Part shown: positions 53,642-64,000 of the stretch, one piece after another
Position numbering within the stretch: the stretch's first letter is position 1
Layout: every line of letters begins with the position of its first letter
IMG/VR virus record: IMGVR_UViG_3300031565_000002
DNA length: 64,000 nucleotides
Reading direction: 5' to 3' (one strand)
Source of the DNA: an uncultured virus (IMG/VR IMGVR_UViG_3300031565_000002)
Lineage: Duplodnaviria; Heunggongvirae; Uroviricota; Caudoviricetes
The notes under the pieces: generated by a model
What the model saw: only the letters and a program-made list of their open reading frames with translations
Databases searched by the model: none
What the model was told of the DNA's origin: nothing
Translations under genes and position numbers: made by a program

Positions 53642-54661
53642 TCAAATTAATATTTTACCATTCTCCAATATTTTAGAATCATCAACAACTATTGAATAAT
53701 TAGTATTATTATCCTTAACCAAATCCCAATGACGACTAGATTGAATCTTACTATCATAACCACCACCGAGAGCTATATGAAAAGTTCCATATTTTTTCTC
53801 ATCAAATAAAGGGTCTCCAACAGTAAACTTTATTTCATCATTAGTCCCCATTCCAAACTCACTTATTGAGCCTGCCCCCTTATCAATATTTAACTTCTTC
53901 GAAAGCCACTTTGTCATCTCTTTATTCTTAGCCTTAAACTTAACAACCTTCCCACCCTTAAAATACAAAGTTACATCCTGTAACAATCCCCAATCTAAAC
54001 TATCAAAATGAACCCACCCTTCTGCCGTACCTTCAACAGGAGCAACAAAAACTTCACCATCGGGGATATTGTATTTACCAAAACAAGAAATTGCCTTCTT
54101 ATTTTCTATGCTAAATTTTAAATCAACATCATCACCAAAAATATGAACCACCTTACCTCTTCTCAGCCTATTCTTTAAAGGTCTCTGTTTTAATTCCATA
54201 GACTGTGCATCTATCAGTATAGCATTAAACATCATTTCAGTCAATTCTTCATTGCTCTTTTTACAATACTCAACCTTTAATTTCCCTGGATATACGAGAG
54301 TCGCCCAATTTCTTCTATAACAAAAATTGCCGTTTATCATCCCTATCCCACTAACAATTTCAGGATGAAAATCAGTCGAATATTCATACTCCATCCCCCA
54401 ACTAAGCCCACCACCAAATATTCTCAATGCCTTTTTGACATCAAACTCTTTATCAACATAATAATTAACTGGAGAACTAAAGTTAGAACTATGAAGATAC
54501 ACCTCACTTGCCCCAGCAGATTCAGCAGCAAACTTAATTACATCGAGTATCTGCCCATCGGCATCGGTAAGCATAACAGAAAGGGTGCTTCCCCTATCTA
54601 TCTTTAATGTTTCTATAACTGTCTTTGCGACAAGATCTAATCTGTCAGTCATTTTAACCAC
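53642..54661 (-). CDS. M29 family aminopeptidase
   Basis: NIPDGEVF.AP, EFGMGTN, LFDEK..GTFHIALG, HWD. Confidence 0.88.
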   Translation of the reverse strand: MVKMTDRLDLVAKTVIETLKIDRGSTLSVMLTDADGQILDVIKFAAESAGASEVYLHSSNFSSPVNYYVDKEFDVKKALRIFGGGLSWGMEYEYSTDFHPEIVSGIGMINGNFCYRRNWATLVYPGKLKVEYCKKSNEELTEMMFNAILIDAQSMELKQRPLKNRLRRGKVVHIFGDDVDLKFSIENKKAISCFGKYNIPDGEVFVAPVEGTAEGWVHFDSLDWGLLQDVTLYFKGGKVVKFKAKNKEMTKWLSKKLNIDKGAGSISEFGMGTNDEIKFTVGDPLFDEKKYGTFHIALGGGYDSKIQSSRHWDLVKDNNTNYSIVVDDSKILENGKILI

Positions 54662-54701
54662 CCATTAAAACAGTCAGATACAAACGATACCTGTCTATAA
54701 T

Positions 54702-54728
54702 TAAAGTTTATAAAAACTATGACGATAT
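54702..54728 (+). promoter_or_regulatory. sigma28 (FliA)-type promoter
   Basis: TAAAGTTT-11 nt-GACGATAT versus consensus TAAAGTTT-N11-GCCGATAA. Confidence 0.7.
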
Positions 54729-54745
54729 CCTTAATAGGGGGTATT

Positions 54746-55006
54746 ATGAATTATTTAATCCAAAGAATATCGCAGAAAATACTCGAATTACAATATAACG
54801 TTAATATAACAAAACCAATAAAAAATATCAATAAATCAGATGATAAAAAAGATTTTACAGAAATTTCTGATAAAGGGAGAAAATTATTCGAAAAAGAGCG
54901 TAGATTATGCAGTTTAAAACAAAGTATCAAACAAAAAAATTATCAAATCACTGATAAAATTCTAGATAAAGTTGCTGAATCTATTGCTAAATTAATTATT
55001 AATTAA
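54746..55006 (+). CDS. flgM: FlgM-like anti-sigma28 factor
   Basis: DFTEIS and RL.SLKQSIKQKNYQI...KVAESI motifs; AGGGGG RBS. Confidence 0.65.
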   Translation: MNYLIQRISQKILELQYNVNITKPIKNINKSDDKKDFTEISDKGRKLFEKERRLCSLKQSIKQKNYQITDKILDKVAESIAKLIIN

Positions 55007-55755
55007 ATTACTGTAATCCTTCTCTGATAACCTTTAATATGCACACAAGTAATGCATCTCGCTCATTCTCCATAAGTGCCCCTATTATTTTATCATCCTT
55101 CATTATATGAATTTCAATGCCAGTAAAATCCATTACCCTCTTAAACACCCCTTTGTATAATACCAATCTATCTTGATTTTCAACTTTTTTTCGTTTCTTA
55201 ATAGTCCACCCATAAAATGACATAAACTCTCTGCATTCCTTAATATCAGCAACATCAATGTTATTGTCACGTAATATCTCATCCAATTCTTCGGAATTAT
55301 AAATCATCGGCACCATATCACTAATTCCTATACTTATCTACAAATCTTCGCCGAAAATGAGTTATAAAATGGAATGCACTATTAATAATAATTGCTATCA
55401 AAATAAAAAAAATAGTCCAATCCTTATCAAAGTGCTGAACAGCACCTATTATAGAACAGACTATCACTATAAACCCAATTACCATACTTATCATAATGCT
55501 ATTATCCCGTTAAATACGCCGCATCACAACTATCGCTATCTTCACCATCTATTCTGTAAACATTATACGTATTTTGCAAAATAATATTATTACTAATTAA
55601 CCCATTTGGGTTAATATGTGACCCATAAGAATTCCCATTACTAATAGTATTATTACAACTTATCAAACCGCCACTTGAATCACCGGTAGTATAAACATAT
55701 GGATATGGTGGATCAGATGTAATGCCATCATACCAATGTGGATAACTACCCGTAC

Positions 55756-55890
55756 CATTAGGAATAGGATTAACATCTATTTGATCTGTTGTCGGATAAG
55801 TGATAATCCCAGGATTAACATTAGGAATAGGATTAACATCTATTTGATCTGTTGTCGGATAAGTGATAATCCCAGGATTAACATTAGGAA
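55756..55890. repeat. 63-bp tandem duplication within ORF 55502..56095
   Basis: Encodes NVNPGIITYPTTDQIDVNPIP twice. Confidence 0.9.
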
Positions 55891-56663
55891 ATACATTGGG
55901 ATTAATTGCAGAACGAGAATTGATAATATTCTCAAAAAGATCTTCAAAATGTTTTTTTACGGCTCGCAACTCACTATCTTTTTCATCTAATAATTTACAT
56001 AACCGTTCAACTTCTCTTTGAAGTTCTAATATAAGATCATCATTACTTACAACACCAAGTTTTGCCAATTTTTTATGGGACAAATTATTTTGCATTATCT
56101 ATATCTTTTTCCTTAATAGAAACATCAACAGACTGGGTTTGCTCTTCCTTTAAATCTTCACGAGGTTTCATTAGATTCCTAGCAACATCTTCCCGCAAAC
56201 TATCAGTACCATTTCCTTCCAACTCTCTTTTTGCTTCTTCCTTTGATAATGTACCCACTACTTCACCAGGAATTTCATCACCCAATTCTTCACGGGCATC
56301 TCCGGTTTTTTTATCAGCATTATCTTTCATCAACTTAATCCTCTTCTCATTTTCTTTTCGCTGCTTTTCAATGAGGTCATTACCATATCTTGTAACTTCC
56401 TCTTGCGTAATGATTCCTTTATCTTGAAGAATCTTCCCGAGGACTTCATATGTAAACCTAAGGTCCTGCACTACTTTAGCAAGATCTTGAAATTTTTGTA
56501 ATAAAAATTGGGGCAGTGAAGACAATCTTTTGACAGCCTGCTCTAATCTCTCCACTCTTGTCATTCTTTTCTGTTGTCTAAATCCATCTTTATTGCGAGG
56601 TGGCATCTTATGTACTTGCGCTGTTTTTTTATTACTCACTATAACTCCCGATAAAAAACGTTA

Positions 56664-56888
56664 TTAATCTTTAGGAATACCAACTACCACTAAATTCTCA
56701 GCTTGTAATTTCCCGTCATTCCCCTTTGCTAAATCGTATTCTACTGATTCTCCCTCACGTAATGTTTTATATCCCTTCATAGCAATTGATGAAAAATGCA
56801 CGAAAATATCCTCGCTAATACCATCTTGCCGGATAAATCCGTATCCCTTTTTATTATTAAACCACTTTACTACGCCTTGCTCTGCCAT
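56664..56888 (-). CDS. csp: cold-shock protein
   Basis: [22 protein letters not shown]. Confidence 0.95.
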   Translation of the reverse strand: MAEQGVVKWFNNKKGYGFIRQDGISEDIFVHFSSIAMKGYKTLREGESVEYDLAKGNDGKLQAENLVVVGIPKD

Positions 56889-57763
56889 GCATTCCTCCTA
56901 TTTAACTCACATATAATATAAAACCAACAGAGAAAAAGTAAGACTTTTAAAAAATTATTCTATCTCTATATCATCTCCGCTACCAATAATAATACTGCTG
57001 TCAAGACCAACACTCTTGCCCCATTGTTCTGCTACTGCCATTTTAAACTTTGACAATTCATCTTTATTTACCATTCCATTATCTACTAATTGCTTATAAA
57101 CATTATTGATATGAACAACACTCACACCCTCTCTTATTGCAATTTCCCTTATCTTCTTACAAAGTAAAATCGCCTTTTCAGGTCTTCTCTCAGCCCCAAA
57201 AACATTAATCTGATTTATATATCCTTGTATATCCATACCTTACTACTTTATTTTTTTACCAAAATAATCGCATTTTTAACTAATTAGATATAGTCCTACC
57301 ACCAGCATCAACATCTGGAGGATTCTCAATAAAAGCTGGCCCAGCGTTAGATTTTATAACAACAGAAGATGCATTACAAAAAAAGCACTTAAAAGCACGC
57401 TTTTTATTGTTTATAACACCATTTATATTTCTCATCCATAGTCCACAAAACTTGGATTTATTCGGCATTTCTCTCATAAAATAACATTTCCGATGTTGAT
57501 CCCCATAACAAAAACCATCAATGACTATTTCTTTCATCTACTTTTCACCTTTCTGAAAAAGAACTTCCCTTGCAAGCTTACTCCCTATATAATAATCCAG
57601 TGGCTCATTACAACAAAGATTAAAAGGAGAGTTATTAATTAAGTCTTTCTGATAAACCAAATCATCCCACATTCTCTTAGCATCAACAAAAAGCATACTT
57701 TCTGTTCTCGAATGTACCATTCCACAATTAGAACACCTCAATAAAAGAATTATTTTAGGTCTA

Positions 57764-58153
57764 TTATCGGATGGCATCTAGTCTCTTCTCTATTATTTGT
57801 TTATTACTTTCATGCTTAATAACTACTTCTGCTTCTCTAAATGCCGTTACCTTTGTCGCAGACTGTACAACAGGAACTTTGCTTGTCACTGCAACTCTAC
57901 CAATACTAGAACCAACCCTAACTCTACCGCTCTCATCTATATCACCACATGAAATATTATTAACATTTACCCTATAATTATTACCATCATCAAACTCAAC
58001 AACCACCAACCCAGCGGTCATAACCTCAACAACTCCGTTATTCATAGATTCTAATGTCACTCCAACTGGAACATCATTTATCCCTGCCATCCTAACTGTT
58101 CCATCATCATTAGCAGCAACAATACTTCCAGCAACTAAATGCTCAATTGCCAT
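57764..58153 (-). CDS. capsid-cement/DUF2190-like protein
   Basis: AG..V...DG ... VGV..E ... VEV.TAG pattern. Confidence 0.4.
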   Translation of the reverse strand: MAIEHLVAGSIVAANDDGTVRMAGINDVPVGVTLESMNNGVVEVMTAGLVVVEFDDGNNYRVNVNNISCGDIDESGRVRVGSSIGRVAVTSKVPVVQSATKVTAFREAEVVIKHESNKQIIEKRLDAIR

Positions 58154-58743
58154 CTATTGCTCCCAATCTCTTCTCTATTAACTCGCTATTACTCTTCATT
58201 TTTATTCTCTCCTTCACTATATCCATAAATTCGCCAGGAGCAAAATTATTATTAATGCAATCAGCAAAAACCTTTATAGCATCAATAGAAATTTTCAAAT
58301 CACCACCAATAACTATTTCATCACCACTTACCTTAATCACATCATTACCATTAGACTGTATGGTGACAACACCATCTGACCCCAACATTATACATGAACC
58401 ACCACCCCTAATTTCACCAGCATTTATCGACTGTTCTCCATCTCTAATCTCACGATTACCAATCTGAAGATTAGATACGCTTGCATCACCATTATCAAGA
58501 TTAATAAGCACCCCACTACTAGGATCTCTTAACGCAATGTCAGCAATCTCATCAGCAGACAAAGCATTATCAATAAGATGACCCAAACTCAACTCTCCAA
58601 CAAACTCACTACTATCACTATTTCCTGCAAGCGAAATATTTACATCATTAGAAATACTTCCGCCTACGGATTGTGCAAGGATGCTGTTTTGCTTCTCAAA
58701 AATGGCACTCCTGCATTTGTTGCCTGCTGTAAAATTCGTTTCA

Positions 58744-59247
58744 TTATTCATCTTTTTTCGCCCGCTTTTCATCTTTAATAAAGCATACCCAATGAGTGTT
58801 TGCTCGTTTACCACTTATATGACCAAACAAAGGTTTGGCTGGTGTTAATTCAAGAATTTTGCGTAAGGGTATTTCCCACTCGTTCCATTTAAAAACCAGA
58901 GTACCGTTAGGCTTGAGAACACGAAAACACTCTGCAAAACCGCCCCGCAATAATTCACGCCAATCATAACCACGCAAAGAACCATAAGTTTTAGCCATAA
59001 CGCTTGACTGTCCAAAGTTAGCATGTGGCGGGTCAAATACAACTATATAAAATGTTTCGTCTGGAAATACCATCTTTGTAAAATCCCCGACAACATCAGG
59101 GTCAACAAGCAATGTTCTGTGTGGGTGCCCCTTATCTGGCTTAATTTCACATTTACCACTACGAACATCTTGAAACAAAACACGCTCATCTTGCTTGTTG
59201 TACCAAAAAGCCTTTGTACCGCAACATACATCTAATATTTTTTTCAT
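58744..59247 (-). CDS. SAM-dependent (probably DNA) methyltransferase
   Basis: ILDVCCG, VVFDPPH, ECFRVLKPNG. Confidence 0.85.
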   Translation of the reverse strand: MKKILDVCCGTKAFWYNKQDERVLFQDVRSGKCEIKPDKGHPHRTLLVDPDVVGDFTKMVFPDETFYIVVFDPPHANFGQSSVMAKTYGSLRGYDWRELLRGGFAECFRVLKPNGTLVFKWNEWEIPLRKILELTPAKPLFGHISGKRANTHWVCFIKDEKRAKKDE

Positions 59248-59645
59248 TTTTTATTCCTTTGCTTTTAAGGCGAAAAACTACAACCTGCTCTTAGAATTTT
59301 ATTGCAGGCAACTACCTGCTGGGCAACATGCTCCATTACCTGCTGAAATTCCATGCCATTCATATATTTCTTAACCTTTTCATAATGGAAACACTATTAC
59401 TAAACTTATTTCCACCAGTGGGTTTTATCTTACCTTTAATTTCATTATGAATAACTTTATACTCATCTTCCAAAAGATCAAATCTTACCTTATTGAAAGT
59501 GCCATCACGTGATTTGTAATATACCAAACGATCATCCCCTGGCTCTGCAAGTATTATCCCTATTTCTACCTGTCTCCCATGACCAAGAAATACCAATGTA
59601 TCCCCAATTTTAATTTCTCCCCACTTAATCATAATTCTTTAAAAC

Positions 59646-60056
59646 CTAAAATTTGACGTATTTAGCATACCCCAATTCTACTAATTGATCGTTCAAATTA
59701 ATTTCAGGCTCTTCAACATTGTCATCATCCTTAAAATAAAAAATCTCAACTATAAACCTGCCATACTTACCGGTTCTATCCTTCTTAGTCTGAATAGAAA
59801 TGGTTTTGCCAGACAATATATCTGCAACAAACTGCTTAGCTTCCAATCCCTTTTCTTTGTCCTCTGGGGTTGTCCCTTTTACAAGACGAGTCTCATATGC
59901 ATCGATGCGTGCCAATCTCAATCTTTGAGTTATCTTAACTCCAAAACCTAAATCAACATCAACGTCAATAGTGTCTCCATCGACAACCCTCTTTACTACA
60001 GCATTATAATCATACATATACCATCTGCTACTTTCTAAGTGCTCATTACTGAACAT
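59646..60056 (-). CDS. thermonuclease (SNase-like)
   Basis: VVDGDTID, RLARIDAYE, GKYGR, N..LV..GYA; real start probably MYDY. Confidence 0.9.
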   Translation of the reverse strand: MFSNEHLESSRWYMYDYNAVVKRVVDGDTIDVDVDLGFGVKITQRLRLARIDAYETRLVKGTTPEDKEKGLEAKQFVADILSGKTISIQTKKDRTGKYGRFIVEIFYFKDDDNVEEPEINLNDQLVELGYAKYVKF

Positions 60057-61246
60057 TCTGAAATTCCTACTTCTTCCAAGGCAGTTTCGTTTGTCCCAAT
60101 TGAGGACGGATAAACCAGAGCTTCCTTGTCCATAGGCGTTAATTCGGGATTAACCATCCCTATTTTATTAAGACCATAGTTCTTTAAATTTATTGAAGCA
60201 TTCAGGTCACGGTCTATAACCTGGCCACAATTTTCACAAATAAATTCCCTTTCGGAAAGTAATAGCTCTGCCTTTACATAACCACAACCCGAACAAGTCT
60301 TAGAAGAAGGAAACCACCTATCCGCAACGATTAGTGTATTCCCATAAAGAACTGATTTATATTCAAGTTGTCTACGAAATTCACCAAAACCTAAATCAGA
60401 AATACTTAAAGCTAATTTATGATTCTTCAGCATTCCTGAGACATTCAGGTCCTCAATCACTATAATCTGATAATTATTACAAAGATAAGTAGTAAGTTTA
60501 TCGAGGATGTCTTTCCTTAGACAGGCAATTTCATAATGAACTTTAGCTACTTTTCGATTAGCCTTATGCCTGTTAGAAGATCCCTTAATTTTTCTCGATG
60601 CCCATCTCTGTAATAATTTAAGCTTACCTAAACGCCTGCGTAAAGGATTGACAGACACTATCACTTTCCTGTCACTTAAAGTAGCCAGTGTTTTAATTCC
60701 AAGATCAACACCTACAACTGCTTGGTTATCACAAATAGTAGAATTAATCTCAGTTTGAACACTAATCACTATGAACCAATAATCTGCTTTTCTTCTGACT
60801 ACAGCAGACATTATTTTCCCGGCAAATCTTAAGGGTTCTGCCCCTTTGACCCATCCGAGTTTAGGTATCCTGAATTTATTTTCTTCTACTGAAAATTTAT
60901 CATTTGAGATGTAAAAAGAGTCTCTTCTACCCTTTTTCTTAAATACAGGATATTTATTTTGATATTTAAAGAATCTTCCAAAAGCTGCCTGAAGATTAGT
61001 AAAAGGTTGTTGGTTAGCGTCTTTATTTGTCTCAGACATCCAAGGAAATTTAATTTTCTTTTCTTTATTAAATTGTTTTTTAATTTCTAAGATATTAGGT
61101 TTTAAACCTTCTTCTTTTAACCTTTGATACTCAGAGAGGCCATAGTTATAAGCAACTCGGGCACAGCCACACGCTTTCCTGAAGAAGGTTTCGTGCCCTT
61201 TAGTAGGGTAGAGACGAATAGTATGCACTAAATTTAAAATGCTCAT
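60035..61246 (-). mobile_element. tnpB: TnpB RNA-guided nuclease, IS200/IS605-family element without tnpA
   Basis: IRLYP HTH, GVDLGIK, IEDL, SSKTCSGCG, DRDLNASIN. Confidence 0.92.
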
Positions 61247-61686
61247 TTATACCTTAATATTCCTAATTACTCACTATTTACAGAGCTATGTCAAGCTCCT
61301 TAAAATGGAAGATCATCAGTTTCATCATATTCAACAGGTTGCTGAAACATCTGCTGATTAGGAGGAGCCATTCCTCTATTAATCTGACGATGAACCCGAT
61401 CACCATCAAAATTATCCTGTTTATTTTCTCTTTTCTTACCCGGGAAATTAAAAGAATAACCATTCTTCTCAAGTTCCCTTATAGCTATCCCCAACGTTAT
61501 ACCTATACTTTTTATCTTTCTTTTAAGATAACGATTGTCCCTTTCAAGTTCAGCAACCATATCCTTCTCTATATCATCATTTACACCCATTTTAGCAAGT
61601 CTCCTTTGGGCATAAGAATAATCCTTATCCAATCGTTTATCATAAAATCTCTTACCATTCTTCTTATGTGGGTTGTCAGTCATAAC

Positions 61687-62520
61687 TTACTCCATCTCAA
61701 ATGTAAATTGTGCCAATTCATCTTTAGCACCTTCGCTTTCTTCTATCAATAACTGTTCAAATATCGGAGTAGTACCATCAACTCTGTGCTGCCCAACCTT
61801 ACAATATTGCTCGCTAATTTCAAACCCAACAAAATGACGATGCAATTTCTTAGCTGCAACAGCAGTTGTCCAAGACCCCATAAACGGGTCTAAAATTATA
61901 TCATCCTTATATGAAAACAGTTTTATGCAAAGCTCAGGTAAATCGGTATTAAAATTAGCCTTTGTCAATTCCTGTGTTTGAGTCTTTAACTTCCATACTC
62001 CACTACATCCCATTATAAAATCTTTCTTACTTATAGTTGATAACCCTTTCTCCTGCTTATTCCATTGCTCCTTATAGCCAAGCATTATAACTTCATAAGG
62101 AAGATAAACGTATGGAGCACTAGCGCTCTTCCACGACCCCCATGCCGTATACTTAATTCTATGGTTATCAGTCCAAAATGCTGTCCCTGCACTTTTTATC
62201 TTAACAGTATCGAACATACGATAAAATTCAGCAAAAGGACTTACTCTATTTTTATTATCTTCAATCCCCATATCTATTAAAACATTCAAACAAATCCTAC
62301 CATCAGGTTTCATAACACGGCGAAGTTCATGCAACCACTCGGTACACCATTTTACGTACTGATCCCAATCCTTATTGTCATCATAAGAATCATATTTAAT
62401 ACCACAATTATAGGGAGGACTTGTAATAATTAAATCAACACTATCATCAGGAATCTCTTTTAATCTTTCTATACAATCTCCCTGAACTACCTGATCTAAA
62501 AACTTTTCTTTCCAATCCAA
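61687..62520 (-). CDS. N4/N6 DNA methyltransferase (beta class)
   Basis: TSPPY before DPFMGS. Confidence 0.92.
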   Translation of the reverse strand: MDWKEKFLDQVVQGDCIERLKEIPDDSVDLIITSPPYNCGIKYDSYDDNKDWDQYVKWCTEWLHELRRVMKPDGRICLNVLIDMGIEDNKNRVSPFAEFYRMFDTVKIKSAGTAFWTDNHRIKYTAWGSWKSASAPYVYLPYEVIMLGYKEQWNKQEKGLSTISKKDFIMGCSGVWKLKTQTQELTKANFNTDLPELCIKLFSYKDDIILDPFMGSWTTAVAAKKLHRHFVGFEISEQYCKVGQHRVDGTTPIFEQLLIEESEGAKDELAQFTFEME

Positions 62521-62531
62521 TGTATGCCGCC

Positions 62532-64000
62532 TTACTCTAAATCAAAAAATGTCTTCTGTTCCATTGATTTCTCATTCTTCCTACTACGAATAACTACCAT
62601 ACTATAACCACCATCAGCATCTTCGTCCAATCCAGCATCTAAACGACATCTTGCTATCTCACAATACTCTTCTTCTTTATCAATACCTATAAAATTAAAT
62701 CCATCCTGTTTTGCTGCAATTAAAATGCTACCAGAACCAGCGAAAGGGTCAATTACAGTACCACCTTTTGGTGTAATTAAACTGACAAGATACCGACAAA
62801 GTTTAAGCGGCTTCACGGTAGGATGCGTATTACCCTTAACAGTATTATGGACTCTTTCGGGTTCTTCACATTTACATGCTGACGGCCTTGTTTGATTCTG
62901 CAAGATATACCCACCACATTTCCCACATTTATCAAACCTATTATGACCTATCATCTTCTCCGGTAAATCACCACACCCCTTATTCTTCTCAGACTTGCTT
63001 GCCTTAGCGCAATAAAAAAACCTTGAAGCACCACCTGAGTCACCATGAGTTATCTGAACATCTCCAGCACCACCCAATCCACCATGCTCTAAAAACATCC
63101 CTTCTTTTGTCCTCGTGCAATTAATCCCACTCCTTAAAAATCCAGACTGATCATTTAATATTTTAATAGGACAATCAGGATGACAATTCCAATCTTCTAC
63201 AATCTCATTCCCATCAGCATTAGCATGTCCCTTCCAAGGTTCATTATCTTTTATAGAAGATGCTTGTGTATAACTAATTACATCCTGATGCTCTTTTTGG
63301 TATTCATGACAATGAACACCCCCAGGCCCATTAGGATAACCCTTATGACCTTTAACCTCTTTAAATCCTATATGTTTACAGTCTTGATGGTGCTGTAAAA
63401 GAATATTTGTAGGCCATCTTCCTTCCGGACGAACTCCGGTAACCTCATTATTCTCATTCTTAAATCCACTTCCTTCATCCCATGTTGCTGTTTCCCTTTT
63501 CCCACGTTCAGTCTTTCGCAACATATCATCGACATTAGGATTAACTGGTATCCTACACTCGTCTATATTAATTCCACCGGTACCTAATGCTAAAATATTC
63601 TCAACAATATTCTTGCCTTCTAACGGTTTTCTTGCAAGACAAATAGGTTCATGGGCTGGCTTTAACTGAGTACCCCACCCATCCCAAATTTTTGCTTCTT
63701 CGCTTGCCGGTGCTGTCTCCTGAAATATATTACCGTGCTCATTATAATTATTTGGACGAAAACCCTGTTCTTTATTCACCTTATTAACATTTGCCATACC
63801 ACCTGATTTTGTTACCGTCTCGCTTATTACTTCTCTTTCCTTACCAAATTTCTTATCAATAGCCTTGCTTATATTCATAGACTTTGGGAAGCCAGAATTA
63901 CCAGTTATAAATATCTTGCCATTTCTCCTTGCTATAAAATTCCCGCTATCTGTATTTATACACCATACAATTCCACTATAATCAACTATTCTATCTTTAT
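62532..64000 (-). CDS. DNA methyltransferase, 5'-truncated, intein-containing
   Basis: SGFPKS, LKPAHEPI, HPTVKP, DPFAGSGS; frame open to window edge. Confidence 0.88.
   Translation of the reverse strand, partial: KDRIVDYSGIVWCINTDSGNFIARRNGKIFITGNSGFPKSMNISKAIDKKFGKEREVISETVTKSGGMANVNKVNKEQGFRPNNYNEHGNIFQETAPASEEAKIWDGWGTQLKPAHEPICLARKPLEGKNIVENILALGTGGINIDECRIPVNPNVDDMLRKTERGKRETATWDEGSGFKNENNEVTGVRPEGRWPTNILLQHHQDCKHIGFKEVKGHKGYPNGPGGVHCHEYQKEHQDVISYTQASSIKDNEPWKGHANADGNEIVEDWNCHPDCPIKILNDQSGFLRSGINCTRTKEGMFLEHGGLGGAGDVQITHGDSGGASRFFYCAKASKSEKNKGCGDLPEKMIGHNRFDKCGKCGGYILQNQTRPSACKCEEPERVHNTVKGNTHPTVKPLKLCRYLVSLITPKGGTVIDPFAGSGSILIAAKQDGFNFIGIDKEEEYCEIARCRLDAGLDEDADGGYSMVVIRSRKNEKSMEQKTFFDLE
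63897..64000 (-). mobile_element. intein C-terminal splicing region
   Basis: DYSGIVWCINTDSGNFIARRNGKIFITGN followed by Ser+1. Confidence 0.8.

Overview
AT-rich, gene-dense segment that looks like part of a large (jumbo) bacteriophage genome, almost entirely transcribed on the minus strand. The left 40 kb holds 40 conventional tRNA genes (one split by a group I intron, one with an amber CUA anticodon), several tRNA-like and structured RNAs, a compact RNase P RNA, homing endonucleases and many small accessory ORFs. The right 24 kb holds nucleotide-metabolism and DNA genes (NrdJ, dUTPase, DinG, dNMP kinase, methyltransferases, one with an intein), TnpB and a FlgM-like anti-sigma factor. Main unannotated system: the tRNAs are sorted by amino acid into four blocks, each headed by a short leader peptide plus antiterminator/terminator pair whose codons match the tRNAs downstream, suggesting codon-sensing attenuation of tRNA supply. 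Also notable are a five-copy RNA scaffold carrying circularly permuted tRNAs and an amber-readthrough leader in front of a Pth2-like gene and the suppressor tRNA. All calls are by eye; no searches or folding programs were run, and most small hypothetical ORFs are not listed.
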